Source: a virus
Taxonomy: Duplodnaviria > Caudoviricetes
Direction: 5' to 3' (one strand)
IMG/VR virus record: IMGVR_UViG_3300049172_000034
Span: 1 to 26,233 of that record
DNA length: 26,233 nt
The notes beneath the pieces were generated by a model. The model was not told where the DNA came from, did no database searches, and worked only from the letters and a program-made list of their open reading frames with translations. Both the position numbers and the translations under genes were made by a program. This document shows positions 25,423-26,233 of this stretch, piece by piece (position 1 is the first letter of the stretch; each line of letters opens with the position of its first letter).

Positions 25423-25637
25423 GGGCTCTTCCCCTCGGCAGGGGTCAGGAAGCTGCCAAAGCGTTCCTGCAACATCGTCGTGCGGCGCCGTTGGCCTTTC
25501 ACCGGGTTCAGCACAGTCACCCAAGCCCAAAAGCGCCCACCCATCACGGCGCTCTCCTGGTTCCAGGCATCGACACGCATGCGTCGACCGTCGCGCGCAA
25601 TCCATTCGGAGCCGATGCGCGGCAGTGTTTCCGTCAT
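25419..25637 (-). CDS. Hypothetical phage protein (72 aa)
   Basis: SD GGAG and ATGA overlaps at both ends. P.IGS.W...DGR..RV is a small beta-domain pattern. Confidence 0.65.
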   Translation of the reverse strand: MTETLPRIGSEWIARDGRRMRVDAWNQESAVMGGRFWAWVTVLNPVKGQRRRTTMLQERFGSFLTPAEGKSP

Positions 25638-25783
25638 CCCTGGTTCTCCCCCCTCACCGCGTCCAGCACCGCCAGCACCTGCGGCACCACGGCGGGGCTG
25701 TTGGTCTTGACCTGCTGCTGCAGGACGTCGGCGGACAGGGACACGGCGGCGGTCGCGAGGGGGGATTGGCGGTCAGCCGGCAT
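25634..25783 (-). CDS. Possible small hypothetical protein (49 aa)
   Basis: Fills the gap and its stop overlaps the next ATG. The start is uncertain. Confidence 0.35.
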   Translation of the reverse strand: MPADRQSPLATAAVSLSADVLQQQVKTNSPAVVPQVLAVLDAVRGENQG

Positions 25784-26024
25784 TGAAGCTCGCGCAGACC
25801 ACGCCGGCCTGCGTCCCTTCCACAGCATCTCCAATCAGCACCGCCGTGACCTCTGCTGGCGAGCGCGCCCAGGTGCTGAAGTAGCCGTCGCCCCAATCGC
25901 TTAACTGGCCGGGATGCGTCGCCTGGGCTTGCTCCACGGTCTCGGCGGCCACCACGGCACTGTCGTAGGTGTCGTAGCCGTCGTTCACAGACTGGCTGAT
26001 GAGCCAGAGCTTCATCGCACTCAC
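25773..26024 (-). CDS. Hypothetical phage protein (83 aa)
   Basis: SD GGAGG. MKLWLISQ..N.GYDTYDSAVVAA...GVVCASFNAG resembles small phage accessory proteins. Confidence 0.7.
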   Translation of the reverse strand: MSAMKLWLISQSVNDGYDTYDSAVVAAETVEQAQATHPGQLSDWGDGYFSTWARSPAEVTAVLIGDAVEGTQAGVVCASFNAG

Positions 26025-26233
26025 CGCCCGCCTCCCTTCGCCAGCACGTCCCGCAGTTGCTCAAGCCGCTTGGTCATCGCGTCATGACCTCCAGCCCGCG
26101 CTGCGCCTTCGCGGCGTAGTGCGGCCGCAGCCGGTCCTTTCCCTGCTTCTCAAGCTGCTGGCTCGAACACCGGAGCGATCTTCCGGCGATACCGGCGCGG
26201 TGGGATCGAGTAGGACCAGAAGTGGCCATCGAC

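Larger units (their letters stand above)
1..26233 (-). mobile_element. Prophage/temperate myovirus late region (packaging, head, contractile tail, baseplate, fibres); both ends extend beyond the window
   Basis: Contiguous, tightly packed minus-strand genes in canonical order terS-terL-portal-protease/scaffold-capsid-neck-sheath-tube-TAC-TMP-baseplate-fibre, with many TGATG/ATGA overlaps. No att site or integrase is seen, so prophage and free phage cannot be distinguished. Confidence 0.95.

Noticed and set aside
26021-26233. Short minus-strand frames at the right edge (e.g. ...FWSYSIPPRRYRRKIAPVFEPAA* and MTKRLEQLRDVLAKGGGR*)
   Set aside because: Too short or truncated to choose a coding frame. 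They may be a gene end plus remnants.
1-26233. Tailocin, gene transfer agent, CRISPR array or tRNA
   Set aside because: A full head/packaging module with a contractile tail and phage accessory genes argues for a true phage. No repeat-spacer array or cloverleaf was seen by eye.

Overview
This window is the late (virion morphogenesis) region of a GC-rich, contractile-tailed (myovirus-type) temperate phage or prophage. The host is probably alphaproteobacterial, inferred from GC content and gene families. Nearly all genes lie on the minus strand and read right to left: small early/middle ORFs; a putative late regulator (DUF6456-like HTH); a putative late promoter and intrinsic terminator; TerS with a Cys-rich insert; TerL; DUF1073-type portal; DUF2213 protease/scaffold; decoration protein; DUF2184 major capsid; neck genes; sheath; tube; tail assembly chaperone with a -1 frameshift site; HK97 gp10-like gene; tape measure; baseplate genes; a short tail fibre and its chaperone; and a ~906-aa SGNH-esterase tail appendage. 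Two lower-GC plus-strand insertions (morons) interrupt the operon. One is a secreted protein plus a small membrane protein in front of the tape measure gene (11468-12288). The other is a 331-aa protein of unknown function between the late regulator and terS (23695-24690). These are the best candidates for undescribed lysogen-expressed functions such as superinfection exclusion or anti-phage defence. No integrase, repressor, lysis genes, RNA genes or CRISPR are visible. All family assignments come from motif recognition and gene order, not database searches.
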